36,928 bases of DNA, from the NCBI RefSeq assembly GCF_001194135.2, contig NC_068986.1, positions 82,304,446 to 82,341,373 on the forward strand, read 5' to 3'. Origin of the DNA: Octopus bimaculoides (Eukaryota). Position numbers and translations under genes: made by a program. The notes under the pieces are model-generated. The model was given only the letters and a program-made list of their open reading frames with translations, was not told the origin of the DNA and searched no databases. The first letter of the stretch is position 1; each line of letters starts with the position of its first letter. This document shows positions 10,637 to 22,147 of the stretch, piece by piece.

Positions 10637-11276
10637 CAATGCTACTCAAAGTGGTGATCCGCGGACCGGTGCCGGTCCACGAGCCATTAGCTGCCGGTAT
10701 GCGGCGAGTTTCCAGAAAATAAAGAAACGTTATAAAATGCTTATGTAATATTGTATTATTTGTTTATAAAATAAATATAAGACATAAAAAATTGCTAACT
10801 TTTATTATATTCAATATATATACTGTTTCCTGTGTGGAGGCGCAATGGTTAGGGCAGCGGACTTGCGGTCATAGGATCGCGGTTTCGATTCTCAGACCGG
10901 GCGTTGTGAGTGTTTATTGAGCGAAAACACCTAAAGCTCCACGAAGCTCCGGCAGGTGGCGAACCCTGCTGTACTCTTTCACCACAACTTTCTCTCACTC
11001 TTACTTCTGTTGTGCCTGTAATTCAAAGGGTCAGCCTTGTCACACTGTGTCACGCTGAATATCCCCGAGAACTCCATGTGTCTGTGGAGTGCTCAGCCAC
11101 TTGCACGTTAATTTCACGAGCAGGCTGTTCCGTTGATCGGATCAACTGGAACCCTCGACGTTGTAAGCGACGGAGTTTCCGGTATAAATTAATATCAATA
11201 AGAAATATTACTGGTCCCTGGCACATTGGGAAAAAAAACTGCCGGTACGCCACATCAGATAGTTTCAGAATTACTG
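10637..11276. mobile_element. Non-autonomous hAT (Charlie/Buster-like) DNA transposon with a nested SINE
   Basis: The left end is CAATGCTACTCAAAGTGGTGATCCGCGGACCGG, like the MER5-type CAGTGSTWCTCAAAGTG. The right end is ...TTTCAGAATTACTG. The 8-bp flanks CTGTACAC (10629-10636) and TTGTACAC (11277-11284) match 7/8 with a central TA. No transposase is present. Confidence 0.8.
10832..11175 (+). mobile_element. SINE family A, copy 2 (near full length, two small deletions, one in the A box)
   Basis: It aligns to 1-307 and 16539-16780. A possible TSD is GTTTCC at 10825-10830 and 11175-11180. Confidence 0.9.
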
Positions 11277-11596
11277 TTGTACACTATAATCACAAACGCC
11301 AGAAAACAAGACTGTTATAGTACCATGAAAACTTCCACCACTAGGATGAACACCGCCATGGCAGTCACCAATATCGTCACTATAAGCACCATTGCTACTA
11401 ATAGCATTAAAGTAGTAATGAGGTTAACGAATGAGCTTCTGCGAGGGCGGTCAAATTGCTTGAAAAAGATTCCAAGTTTCCCTCAGATCTCAACGCATTT
11501 GTTTAAATGAGAAAAGGAAAAATTAGATAATATAGTTTTGCACAGACCTCGGAAGGTGGAATGGTGACATTGCTCAACAGTTAAACAGCAACGATG

Positions 11597-11667
11597 CCAC
11601 CACCGGCACCACCGGCTCCACCGACCCCACCGGCCTCACCGGCACCACCGGCACCGCAGGCACCACC
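11597..11667 (+). repeat. 9-bp GC-rich tandem repeat (CCACCGGCA), about 8 imperfect units
   Basis: Direct reading: ccaccggca ccaccggct ccaccgacc ccaccggcc tcaccggca ccaccggca... Confidence 0.85.
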
Positions 11668-11946
11668 TCTGCTAGCATTTTGACGCTTACCGCAATGACA
11701 CTTCATTGTTATATGAGACACTATTACAAATATAGTGATATTGTTACATATATAGCGACATTCAACACATATATAGTGACACTATTACATACAAAGTGCT
11801 ACAGTCAAATATTGTGACAGGTAAATATACAGTGACAGTGACAATGTACACATACACAGTGGCAATGTACACAAAATGATATTGTTAGATGTATAGTGAC
11901 ACAGTTGCATATAACATGACCAACTTACATATAAAGTGATATTATT

Positions 11947-12886
11947 CAGGATGCGATGGGTAAATTGTCGCCATTTTATATTTTTAATTTTGCGCATGCA
12001 CATTGTTTGTTTTTGATTTTGTCGACTACACAGTATAGTAGGGTCAGTTAGGCACCGTCCGTGAGAAAAACAGCACCACAATGCAATTCACTTTGTCAGA
12101 AATTTAGAAACGATATGCTGCACTGCTTGGCATTCGCACCGGAAACACCAATACGAATAGTTCGGAGTGTTTGGGTGTCAATTTGAGGACAGTGCAATCT
12201 GAGGACATNNNNNNNNNNGGAAACACCAATACGAATAGTTCGGAGTGTTTGGGTGTCAATTTGAGGACAGTGCAATCTGAGGACATGTACCGAGAGTGAT
12301 AAAAATCAAACATCCAGTCAACATCATCGTGTTTGGAGTGGCGACGTTATGCCTTCATTCATCTTCTCACACGGCCTCAGACTCAACACGGAGGCCTACA
12401 TCAAGTGCCTAGAGGAGGTAGTGCTACCCTGGGTCAAGATGGTGGCCGCTGGAAAACCGTATGTTTGGCAACAGGACTCTGCACTCTGTTACACAAGCAG
12501 GAGAACCCAGTCATGGTTGTCAGGCAATTTCTGTGACTACACCACTCCTAATATCTGGCCACCTAACTTCCCAAACTGCAAAACCTTTCATTATTATATG
12601 TGGGGCGCAGTTGAGCGAGAGACTAGCAAAACTTATTGTAACACTATAGATTAACCGAAAGCAACGATCATGGCAACATTCACCAACTTAAACAAGGAGA
12701 CCGTCCAAGAGATTCCGAAGTCATCTGGAGGCCGTGGTTGAAGCCAATGGCAATTTTATTGAATAAATTTACTCTTTAGTATTTCAAGATATTTTTATGT
12801 AATTTTGTAAATATACCTGTTAAAATGAGATGTCAGTGACATTTTCATTTTTGTGTAATTTAGACGACAGTTTATTCACTGCACAG
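11947..12886 (+). mobile_element. Internally deleted Tc1/mariner element of the DD37D (maT) group
   Basis: Degenerate TIRs: left CAGGATGCGATGGGTAAATTGTCGCC, right GACGACAGTTTATTCACTGCACAG followed by TA. ORF 12349-12654 contains YVWQQDSALCYTS...WPPNFPNCKTFHYYMWGAVER, with 37 residues between the QQD aspartate and the position of the third D (now H). The N-terminal remnant (LLGIR...SECLGVNLRTVQ) is fused directly to the catalytic region. Confidence 0.85.
12349..12654 (+). pseudogene. DD37D transposase C-terminal fragment (inactive)
   Basis: The supplied ORF has the motifs F....RLN...YI..LE.VVLPW, WQQDSA and WPP..P.C....YY.WG. The SPD and third-D motifs are mutated and a premature stop follows. 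Confidence 0.85.
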
Positions 12887-13620
12887 TAACACTGTGATAT
12901 GTATAGTGACATTGTCACATATTGTGATACTTTGTTACATGTATTACGACATCGTTACATTGTGACATATATATGGAGAAACATTTTACATATAGAGTGA
13001 CGTCACATTTATAGTAACACTNNNNNNNNNNNNNNNNNNNNNNNNNNNNNNNNNNNNNNNNNNNNNNNNNNCACGTACACAGTGAAACTGTTATAATATG
13101 ACACAATTACGTTTACGGTGATATTGTCACATATATAGTGACAAGATCACATATATTGTGGCAGGTTTATATATATGATGGTACTAAAACATTGTACACT
13201 CTGATACATAATATTATGTATCACAGTCTATGATGTAATACATCATATGGTGATATTGAGACATTCTAACACTGTGATACCTCATACATACGGTGACATT
13301 GAGCAGCACCGACTCTGCATGGTGGCATCTGCTTTAGAGTTCAGAATGAATGTTTGAAATGTCTGCTACATAGTAGCTCCACCCCCCACCCCACCCCACA
13401 CACACACATACACACACACATGCACACAAACGCACAGTCAGTCGCAAACAGACAAATTCAAACACGAACACACACAATCTCTCCGACAGAAAAAAATATA
13501 TAGAAACTCACTCAAACATATTTTCTACACACACACGTCGCAAAACGCACAGCTTTTCCCCCACACATACAATTACTCAGAAATATATACAATCTACTCC
13601 CTATGCATATAGAAACACAA

Positions 13621-13651
<31 letters not shown>

Positions 13652-14732
13652 AACATACACACTTTTACAGTCTTCAGAAGTGCATGCATACACATATAAA
13701 CATACGTACATGTATATACACAGACACACATCTTTTACAATGAAACGCCCACAAGAAACGAGGTTTCCCACCGTGTTGCTCTACAAATGTGTTTCTCTTT
13801 CATGATTAAACGCAGATCTTGTGTCGCCTTCTGTAAAGAAAATTTGATCCCCACTCGCTTGATTCCCTACCAATCCGCTTCAACTAAAATATCTACACGT
13901 CATTTGATTAAGCAAACTGTGCTGGCTGACATTCGTACGCATTTCTGTTAAATCCGTTATGATTATTGTCTTGATATATTTTAATTATTATTAAATCTTG
14001 TTAAATTCTTCCTTGGTTTATTAATACGGTTTGTTGCAAAATTTAATTTCTTGCATTCAACTGAATTTTAGTGCAAAATCTACACCCGTGACTTTCTATA
14101 TTCTGTAGGATCATCGACCTTCCTCCGCAGTCCTATAATACATAGATTAGCAAAGTAACCCTATAGCTTCGCTGTACTACGATACGTAACAAAGGACATC
14201 AACCCTGAATATGTTATATTCTATCACAATACCCCACTATATTCTACGTAATCACATGGCGTACTAAAAATAGCAGTCATTATGCACGTTACATCTTGCT
14301 GCTTAACGAAAGGACAATGTAATTCGGAGCATGTCATAAAATAACAACAACATAAACAACAACAAAAGCAGTAGCAGCAACAACAACATTATAAGTAGCA
14401 ACAAACAACAGCAGCACACGCAGCACACGCAGCACCACCATCACCACGAAAAATAGCATCATCTCAACCACAACAACTATACCCGTCAACACTAAGAACA
14501 AGATTACCACTACAGACATCAACAACAACAAACATGCCACCACCACCACCACCACAACTACCTCAACCACAAATAACAACAAAACCAGCAACAACAACAA
14601 TGAACTATTACAGGTGTCGGAATTTCAGAGTTCAGCTGTGTAGAAATGAGAGAGTTACAACAATAATAACAGCTGAACTGCAGTCAGACGTATCAAATTC
14701 TCCATATTTTCACAGCAAGGAGTAATTATTAT

Positions 14733-15620
14733 CGCATACATACATACATACATACATACATACATACATACATACATACATACATACATACGTACATACA
14801 TACGTACATACATACGTACATACATACGTGTGTATGTGTGTGTGTGTGTATGTGTGTGCGTGTGCGTGTGTAATGAAACAGCTAACAGTACAAGTTACAA
14901 ATATATGCCCTACTACTTAGCGAGATTTTTGTCTGTACTGTGTAAACGTGAGGGTATTCACAGATGTGTGTGTGTACGTGTGTCAGTATGTGTATTTATG
15001 TGTGTATGTATGTATACACACACACATGTACATACACACGGACACGCATGCACGCGCACACACATACACACATATGCACACTCACACAAACAGAAGCAGA
15101 GAGAGATTGTGCGTGTGTATGTGTGTGTGTGTGTGTGCGTGTGTGCGCGTATGTGTGTGTGTGTGCGTGTGTGTATGTTTGTGTGTGCGTGTACACGTTT
15201 TAGGTTACATGCGACAGCAAGAGCATTCAATGCGAGTAATACAGTTACGAAATCTAATTGAAAACAATATATACATACATATATAAAACAAAACACACAA
15301 ATATGCACGTATACATACACACATACACACATACATACATACATACATACATACATACACACATACATGCATACAAAAATACCCTGTTGATGTTGAAATG
15401 CCAATGAAAGAACCTTGGATCTAGGTTAGAAACCGGCTCTTTCTCTATTGGCAAGAAATCTTGAAATAAAACTGAATAATGGCATACATACATACATACA
15501 TACATACATACATGCATGTATATGAGCGTACATACGTACGTACATAGTACATACATACATAGGTACATATGTACGCACAAGCGTACATGTGAGTGTGCGT
15601 GTTTGTATGTGTATACATAT
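14733..15620. repeat. Compound (CATA)n/(TG)n/(CA)n microsatellite field
   Basis: Direct reading. It produces the V/C/Y/M and H/T pseudo-ORFs. Confidence 0.95.
15376..15510 (+). mobile_element. Probable 3' end of a 5'-truncated retroposon with a (CATA)n tail
   Basis: A ~105-nt complex island (CCCTGTTGATGTTGAAATGCC...GGCAAGAAATCTTGAAATAAAACTGAATAAT) sits directly before (CATA)n. It is single-copy in this window; I recall a similar octopus repeat but cannot verify it. Confidence 0.45.
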
Positions 15621-15887
15621 ATAACGAAAACAAACGCTTATAAAGGCTCACCCTGTAAATTCCACACTTCCACCCCAATTACAATGATACATATAAGAAT
15701 ATAACATAGGATGTAGTCGTACATGTGTACACATTCTGAAGCTACGAGCCCGGTCAGTAGTATATCTATAAATACGAGACACCAAATGAAAAAAGACAGT
15801 CACAGTGGAATCAGTGTGTAGGCCACAGATGTGTGGCGAAAATCATTACTCACACACCCTATAACCACCATCTGTTCGTGTGTGCGC

Positions 15888-15926
<39 letters not shown>

Positions 15927-16538
15927 TATGTGTGTATGTGTGTGTGTGTGTGTGTGTGTTTTACTAGCAAAGCACAATGTCTAGTTTAACATAATGATTC
16001 ACTCTTAGAATATTGCGAAAGAAACACNNNNNNNNNNNNNNNNNNNNNNNNNNNNNNNNNNNNNNNNNNNNNNNNNNNNNNNNNNNNNNNNNNNNNNNNN
16101 NNNNNNNNNNNNNNNNNNNNNNNNNNNNNNNNNNNNNNNNNNNNNNNNNNNNNNNNNNNNNNNNNNNNNNNNNNNNNNNNNNNNNNNNNNNNNNNNNNNN
16201 NNNNNNNNNNNNNNNNNNNNNNNNNNNNNNNNNNNNNNNNNNNNNNNNNNNNNNNNNNNNNNNNNNNNNNNNNNNNNNNNNNNNNNNNNNNNNNNNNNNN
16301 NNNNNNNNNNNNNNNNNNNNNNNNNNNNNNNNNNNNNNNNNNNNNNNNNNNNNNNNNNNNNNNNNNNNNNNNNNNNNNNNNNNNNNNNNNNNNNNNNNNN
16401 NNNNNNNNNNNNNNNNNNNNNNNNNNNNNNNNNNNNNNNNNNNNNNNNNNNNNNNNNNNNNNNNNNNNNNNNNNNNNNNNNNNNNNNNNNNNNNNNNNNN
16501 NNNNNNNNNNNNNNNNNNNNNNNNNNNNNNNNNNNNNN

Positions 16539-16780
16539 TGCTGTACTCTTTCACCACAACTTTCTCTCACTCTTACTTCCTGTTTCTGTTGTGCCTGTAA
16601 TTCAAAGGGTCAGTCTTGTCACACTGTGTCACGCTGAATATCCCCGAGAACTACGTTAAGGGTACACGTGTCTGTGGAGTGCTCAGCCACTTGCACTTTA
16701 ATTTCACGAGCAGGCTGTTCCGTTGATCGGATCAAGTGGAACCCTCGACGTCGTAAGCGACGGAGTGCCAACAACAACAA
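16539..16780 (+). mobile_element. SINE family A, copy 3 (head lost in the gap, (AAC)n tail)
   Basis: It aligns to copies 1 and 2 and ends GCGACGGAGTGCCAACAACAACAA. Confidence 0.9.
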
Positions 16781-16829
16781 TATCAATCACCAAACCGCTC
16801 TTTTCGAAGACTGGCGTTCAGTGGACAGA

Positions 16830-17440
16830 ACGGGTGGAAGCTGGAGGTTACCAGTTCCGGGCTGCGTAGTGGATCACAGTGAATAGGCGACCACTGACCA
16901 GCTTAATCTACAAATGATTCCTATTTCCTGCCAATGATGCGTGTGATCGCATACTGTCATCGTAAACGCAGATCGTTTCGAAATCCTTGTTCGGTCTCTT
17001 CTTCCTAATGAACATTTTAAAGCTTTTTGACAATCACAATATACCGCTTACTTCTTAATACTTCACTTCTCAATCAATACAAAAAGTTTTCTTTGTCTAT
17101 TTCAATCATGTTTCCGATATCGGCCATCTAGGGACTTTTCTTGTCCTTACTTTTTCAGGACATGTTTTAATTTCTCTTTTAGCTTAGATATTATCTTTGT
17201 CACTCTATGTCCTTGTTTCTTCTTCCCCCTTCTTGCATCTGTTTTATCTTCTGTCTTGCATGTTTTGGTCTCGTTCAAAACAAAAAGCAGTTCTAGGAAT
17301 TGTTAATGTTTTGTAGCTTTTTATATTAATTTTCTGTTATTCTTTACTCGGTATATATGTAGTCTACAGTGGATATTTTATAACAATTCTCTTTCTGCCT
17401 TCTTTCCTCATCGTTCTATGTCAGGTTTTGAATGATGTAT
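16830..17440 (-). mobile_element. Probable, very degenerate RLE-type (R2/R4-like) non-LTR retrotransposon fragment
   Basis: Minus-strand pieces KSLDGRYR, EIDKENFLY*LRSEVL and TRIIG resemble the K.LHG.Y / +DKE.S..WLR...L / H++.GC region upstream of the CCHC-RLE module. There are many stops and frameshifts. Confidence 0.4.
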
Positions 17441-17457
17441 TCTAAAAACAGACACAA

Positions 17458-17667
17458 GCATGGCTAAGTTAAGCATGGCTAAGTTAAGCATGGCTAAGTT
17501 AAGCATGGCTAAGTTAATCATGGCTAAGTTAAGTATGGCTAAGTTAAGCATGGCTAAGTTAAGCATGGCTAAGCATGGCTAAGCATGGCTAAGCATGGTT
17601 AAGTTAAGCATGGCTAAGCATGGCTAAGCATGGCTAAGCATGGCTAAGCATGGCTAAGCATGGTTAA
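17458..17667 (+). repeat. Minisatellite of 15-bp (GCATGGCTAAGTTAA, 8 units) and 10-bp (GCATGGCTAA, 9 units) repeats
   Basis: Counted directly: 7 x 15-mer, 3 x 10-mer, 1 x 15-mer, 6 x 10-mer. The last unit is continuous with the SINE head. Confidence 0.95.
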
Positions 17668-18092
17668 GAAGCTCGCTTTGCAGCCACGTAGTTTCAGGTT
17701 CCGTTTCAGTGTGCGACACCTTGAGCAAGTGTCTTCCATTATAACCTTGGGTTGATCAATGCACTGTAAGTAAATTTGGTAGACGGAAACTATGAGGAAG
17801 ACCGTCGAATATGTGTGCGTGTGTGTATGTATGTGTGTGTGCGTGCGTGCGTGCGTGCGTGCGTATATGTAAATGTATGTCTGTGTTTGTGTTGGTCCCC
17901 CATTTCCCACAGCTTGACAACCGATGTTGTCTTGTTCACATCCGCGAAACTTCGCGATCTGACAAAAGAGAACAATAAAATAAGTATTAGACATTAAGAA
18001 AATTACTAAGATCAATTTGTTTGACTATTCTTTTTAAGATGGTGTCCCAATATGGCCGTAGTCCAGTGACTGAAACAAGTAAAAGATAAAGA
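17658..18092 (+). mobile_element. SINE family C (CORE-like), full span with an internal (GT)/(GCGT) tract
   Basis: TGGTTAAGAAGCTCGCT...CACCTTGAGCAAGTGTCTTC...GGTAGACGGAAAC...CTTGACAACCG...ATGGCCGTAGTCCAGTGACTGAAACAAGTAAAAGATAAA. It matches 22972-23366. Confidence 0.85.
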
Positions 18093-18542
18093 TTATCTTT
18101 CTTATTTTTCTGTCTAGTTTTTCTTATTCATTTAGCGTCCAGTTGAGAATAACTATAACTTATTATTAAACCAGCGAAAGTTTTAGTAATTATCACCTTA
18201 CTTTAGGATTTAGTTCTGTTTTAGGTATTAATTTAATGTGTATCTGCATAAAATTCCTTTCAAACTTTTTATTTGTATGTTTAATATGTTTGGTTTACTG
18301 ATTCTTTATTATTTGTGAGTTTGTGTTTGGTCCAGCTCTCCTATATCTGTTTCATTATCTAACATCATATTAATTATTATTTTCTTTTTTGTTTGCTTTC
18401 CCTCCCTATATTCTGGTTATCTCTATTTCCAGATCTATGTATTTGGATAACTTGTCCATTTCATTGAGAGATAAATTATCGTCTATGAAGACTGATATTT
18501 CGATTAATAAGCTCTTCCTGGTGGGCCTTGACAACAAGTATG

Positions 18543-18592
<50 letters not shown>

Positions 18593-19315
18593 ATTGGTTA
18601 TTGTGGTAATGGCGATGATGTTCAAGGATGACTATAAAATGTGATGATGATGTTGTTGTGGTTGTTGTTGCTGGTGGGGGTGGAGGAGGAGGAGGAGGAG
18701 GAGGAATTCGTAGTGCTGGCGGTGGTGATGAGGATGATGATGACAACAATGACGAGGACGACGACGATGGTGATCGGGCGATGAGAATGATAACGTACAG
18801 AGTCGATTAATTTAGTTAATTAGACACGTGACACGTAATGGGTTGTAAGCAATTAAACAAACATTTAGAAGTTAATTAATTATTTTAATAATTTCCATAA
18901 ATTTATCGGAGATTCAAATGTCGATAGAGGATATGGAACAGTGTATCGGTGGGGGAAGAAGTACTGATTAATAATTAATGAGGTAGCACCAGCAGCAAGG
19001 ACAGCAGCAGAACATTGACAACAAAGAAAACCGTACCCCCCCCCCAACGAACACCAACGACAACAACAACTACAACAGTGATAAATAACACTAACAATCG
19101 TAAATATAACTATAATGATTTTAACAATAGCAACAACGAAACGAACAACACCAACAGCAACTTAGCATGATAATAGCAACAACATTAGCAACAACACCGG
19201 GGACAATAAGAACAATAATGAGAAGAACAGTTTTGCACTGTAACCATTTGTACCTTGTCCACGTCCACCAAAACCCACAGACGTTCAGGAAGAACCAAGA
19301 AAGGGTCTTACATGT

Positions 19316-19461
19316 CAGGCTTGAGCAAACTTTTTCGAGAAACGAGCCGCATGAGAAATGATTGATCATAAGGAAGACCGTATGTCTAGAAATATTTAAG
19401 CTAAATTTTCGTTAGGCGTGCCATTTAGAATGTCCCGCAAGCCGCATTTTGCCTATGACAG
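19316..19461. mobile_element. hAT-type MITE, 146 bp
   Basis: The ends CAGGCTTGAGCAAACTT and GCCGCATTTTGCCTATGACAG are of the CAGN(2-4)GGGCAAAC hAT type. The 8-bp flanks TTACATGT (19308-19315) and TTATATGT (19462-19469) match 7/8. Confidence 0.7.
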
Positions 19462-19477
19462 TTATATGTAATGACTT

Positions 19478-19640
19478 AACCTGCTAGAAACAACAGTTAA
19501 GTTTTTCTAAGCTGACTTCCTCACGTATTACATAATGACAAGACACGGAGTGTATTACTACATACACTTCAAAAAGACAGGATGGTCACGGTTGAAATGA
19601 TTTCGATCAGAAATCTGCTCAGTCAGGTCTGGGTTGGGGT
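19478..19640 (+). mobile_element. Family D copy
   Basis: ACCTGCTAGAAACAACAG...AAAAAGACAGGATGGTCACGGTTGAAATGATTTCGATCAGAAATCTGCTCAGTCAGG...TGGGG. Confidence 0.55.
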
Positions 19641-19855
19641 CATACGACGAGAGTGCGGCATAGATTTGACAGCAGAGAACAGCCAGACTGCAGAACCAAA
19701 CTCTACAGAGTAGCTGATTACATCTCGTATAGAGATGTAGGGTGCGGACCGCAATTATCTGGAGTGGTACAGAGCTATAAGGTTGTACACGAACATTGAG
19801 TCATGTTACCTATGTCGTATATAGTTCTATCGAATCAGAGATGGTCTGGTCCAAG

Positions 19856-19901
19856 CAACAACAACAGCAGCAGCAGCAGCTACTACTACTACTACTACTA
19901 A

Positions 19902-19980
<79 letters not shown>
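19856..19980. repeat. (CAA)(CAG)(CTA)n(TAG)n compound microsatellite containing a 56-bp perfect palindrome (19908-19963)
   Basis: (CTA)n directly abuts its reverse complement (TAG)n, centred on CTAG at 19934-19937. Confidence 0.95.
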
Positions 19981-20196
19981 TCTACGACGACAATTTTAAG
20001 GCAATAAATTTATTTAGTCATATATGTGTGCGTATATATGTGTGTATATGCGCATGCGCGTGGTTGTATGCATATATATGTGTGTGTGTGTGTGTGTATG
20101 TATAATGTGTGTGTATGTATTGGTGTATAAATACATGTATATACACACACATATATTTGCATATATCATATATAAATGTTTATGTGTGTACATATG

Positions 20197-20291
<95 letters not shown>

Positions 20292-20447
20292 GAAGTTAAT
20301 ACCAACGGTTTCATGTTGCTGTGTAGCAACAGGCTTCCTCAGCCAACGCCAAATAATATGGAAATCTTACATTTCCTATGTTTGCCATCTGGAGTATTTT
20401 GATTCTCATGTTTTATTTAGCATAGGAAGATCAAAGAGGTCAACATT

Positions 20448-20507
20448 ATTCTAGCTGTGACTGTACAATTCTAGCTGTGACTCTACAATTCGAGCTGTAG
20501 CTGTACA
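20448..20507 (+). repeat. 20-bp tandem repeat, 3 copies (ATTCTAGCTGTGACTGTACA)
   Basis: Units start at 20448, 20468 and 20488, with 1-3 differences between them. Confidence 0.9.
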
Positions 20508-20559
20508 AAGGACGATGACTCTCTAGACCGGAAGGATATTAGAGCTCAACCTGCAAGCC

Positions 20560-21770
20560 ACATCAACAGCGGTTCAATCTGAAGTCACTGTCAGTAATTA
20601 AGAGTTTCTGTTAATGTGAGATGTCAGCAATTTTACCGAAGAAAGAGAATATGATTTAGCACATCCTTTTTTCTAAAGTGCACGAGTACAAATTTTTCCT
20701 CATTTACTAATATAAGTTTTTATTGTCCCTCATTAGCTTATACCACGTCGTTCAGATTGGAGTTTTATTGAGTCATCTACTCCATTGATAACTTTCTGAA
20801 ACTTAGAGACAACTACATATATTTTCTTATTTTATTTAGTTCGATGACAGTTGTAACGTTATTTATGTAAATTACGAAGAAGAATGAGCCTCTTACTGAT
20901 ATATTCCATAATATATAGTTATAAATATAGTGTTGTTGTTGGGGAACACCACTAGTGACTTTTGCTTGGCTTGAGTAGATTCGGTTGATCACAACATGTT
21001 GGGTTCTGCTAAACCAGAAAATGCTTAATCCTGTGCAGCAGTTTTCTGCAAACTCCAGCAAGAGACAGTTTTAACAGCAGAATGCTGCAATCGACTTTAT
21101 CGAAGGCCTTGCTAAAAACAAGATTTATAAGAACTGTGTTTGTGCCTTTCCTTAAATCTTTTAGTGTGTGGTCCACAGAGTAATGTACAAGCTGTACTAA
21201 GCAATCTTTGTCACGTCGAAAGCCATACTAGTTTTGTTCATCAGGAAGTTAGTTATTCTATATTTTTTCAAATGCTTTAATCATGTCAAGGGTTAGTGAG
21301 ATTTGTTGGGAATTCACAGCAAGTGATTTATTTCCCATTTTGAAGACTGAGATGACAGATTGCGATAGGAAATCTTACCTTCGGCAAGTGACTTACTCTG
21401 GAGATTAGTCAGAAGTGATGCAATTTGATGTCGGTATTCTTTCACGTCATTAGTAGGGAATATATCAGAGCTTACAGCAATATTTTACTTTATTAAAGCT
21501 GCAATGATGTCTGGGTTGATGCATTCAGGTCGTAGATAATATATTTGAGGTTGACATCATTAATATTGCAAAAGTCACCTTCTGTAGAATCGCAAAAGAG
21601 AGTGTAATATCTCGTACATTTTCCATCATATCTTTGGCTACATTTTGAAGGGCCAGCAGTTCTATGTTCATCGAGAAATATGTTTTATTTCCCTAATGGC
21701 CCTGTCCTCCTCACTAGCCCTTTTTTGATGTAAGGTCTCACATTTTCTGCAGATGATATTTTTCGACACA
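20560..21770 (-). mobile_element. Degenerate CR1/L2-group LINE ORF2 (RT) fragment
   Basis: Minus-strand pieces: EEDRAIREIK, VFKMGNKSLAVNSQQISLT, N*YGFRRDKDCLVQL, FSKAFDKVDCSILLLKL, RTQHVVIN...KVTSGVPQ and FFVIYINNV. They correspond to canonical YRPISLT, QHGFR, DFSKAFDKV, GVPQGS and IYINDI. Confidence 0.85.
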
Positions 21771-22006
21771 CGTATATATACATACATACATATATATATA
21801 TATANNNNNNNNNNNNNNNNNNNNNNNNNNNNNNNNNNNNNNNNNNNNNNNNNNNNNNNNNNNNNNNNNNNNNNNNNNNNNNNNNNNNNNNNNNNATATA
21901 TATATATATATAATATATAATACATTCGCGTATTTGTGCGTATAATCCAGCTCAATTAAACTAAGGAAACAGTTGTTCATTCTCATATCAGTTCTGGTTG
22001 ACCTTA

Positions 22007-22147
22007 GGTATGACCTTATGTATATCCAGCCCAAAAGGGTGAAAAACAAAGTTGACTTCAGCCAAATTTGAACTCAGGACGTAAAGCGACAAAAGAAATG
22101 CTGCTAAAATTTTCTTTTGATATGCTGGAGAGTCTACCAACTCGCCG
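22007..22147 (-). mobile_element. SINE family B head (diverged)
   Basis: Reverse complement: GGCGAGTTGGTAGA...TTAGCAGCATTTC...ACGTCCTGAGTTCAAATTTGGCTGAAGTCAACTTTG...CACCCTTTTGGG. Confidence 0.75.

Larger units (their letters stand above)
11705..13290. repeat. Degenerate minisatellite (ATATAGTGACATTGTYACAT-like) at ~11705-11945 and ~12889-13290, split by the maT element
   Basis: Motifs such as tatagtgac, gtgacattg, ttgtcacat and cactgtgata recur on both sides of 11947-12886. Confidence 0.65.

Noticed and set aside
11580-11690. Gly/Ala-rich structural protein exon (GGAGGAG...) on the minus strand
   Set aside because: It is only ~30 codons, is explained by the 9-bp repeat, and has no convincing start or splice sites.
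12141-12286. 68-bp direct duplication inside the maT element
   Set aside because: The identical copies flank a 10-N gap, typical of unmerged overlapping contig ends, so this is probably an artefact. It is not a CRISPR or biological repeat.
14629-14679. Pre-miRNA-like hairpin AGTTCAGCTGT...ACAGCTGAACT
   Set aside because: The stem is only 11 bp around a 29-nt unpaired loop, too short for a Drosha/Dicer precursor, and I recognise no mature miRNA.
17458-17667. CRISPR-like array
   Set aside because: The units are contiguous with no unique spacers, there are no cas genes, and the context is eukaryotic.
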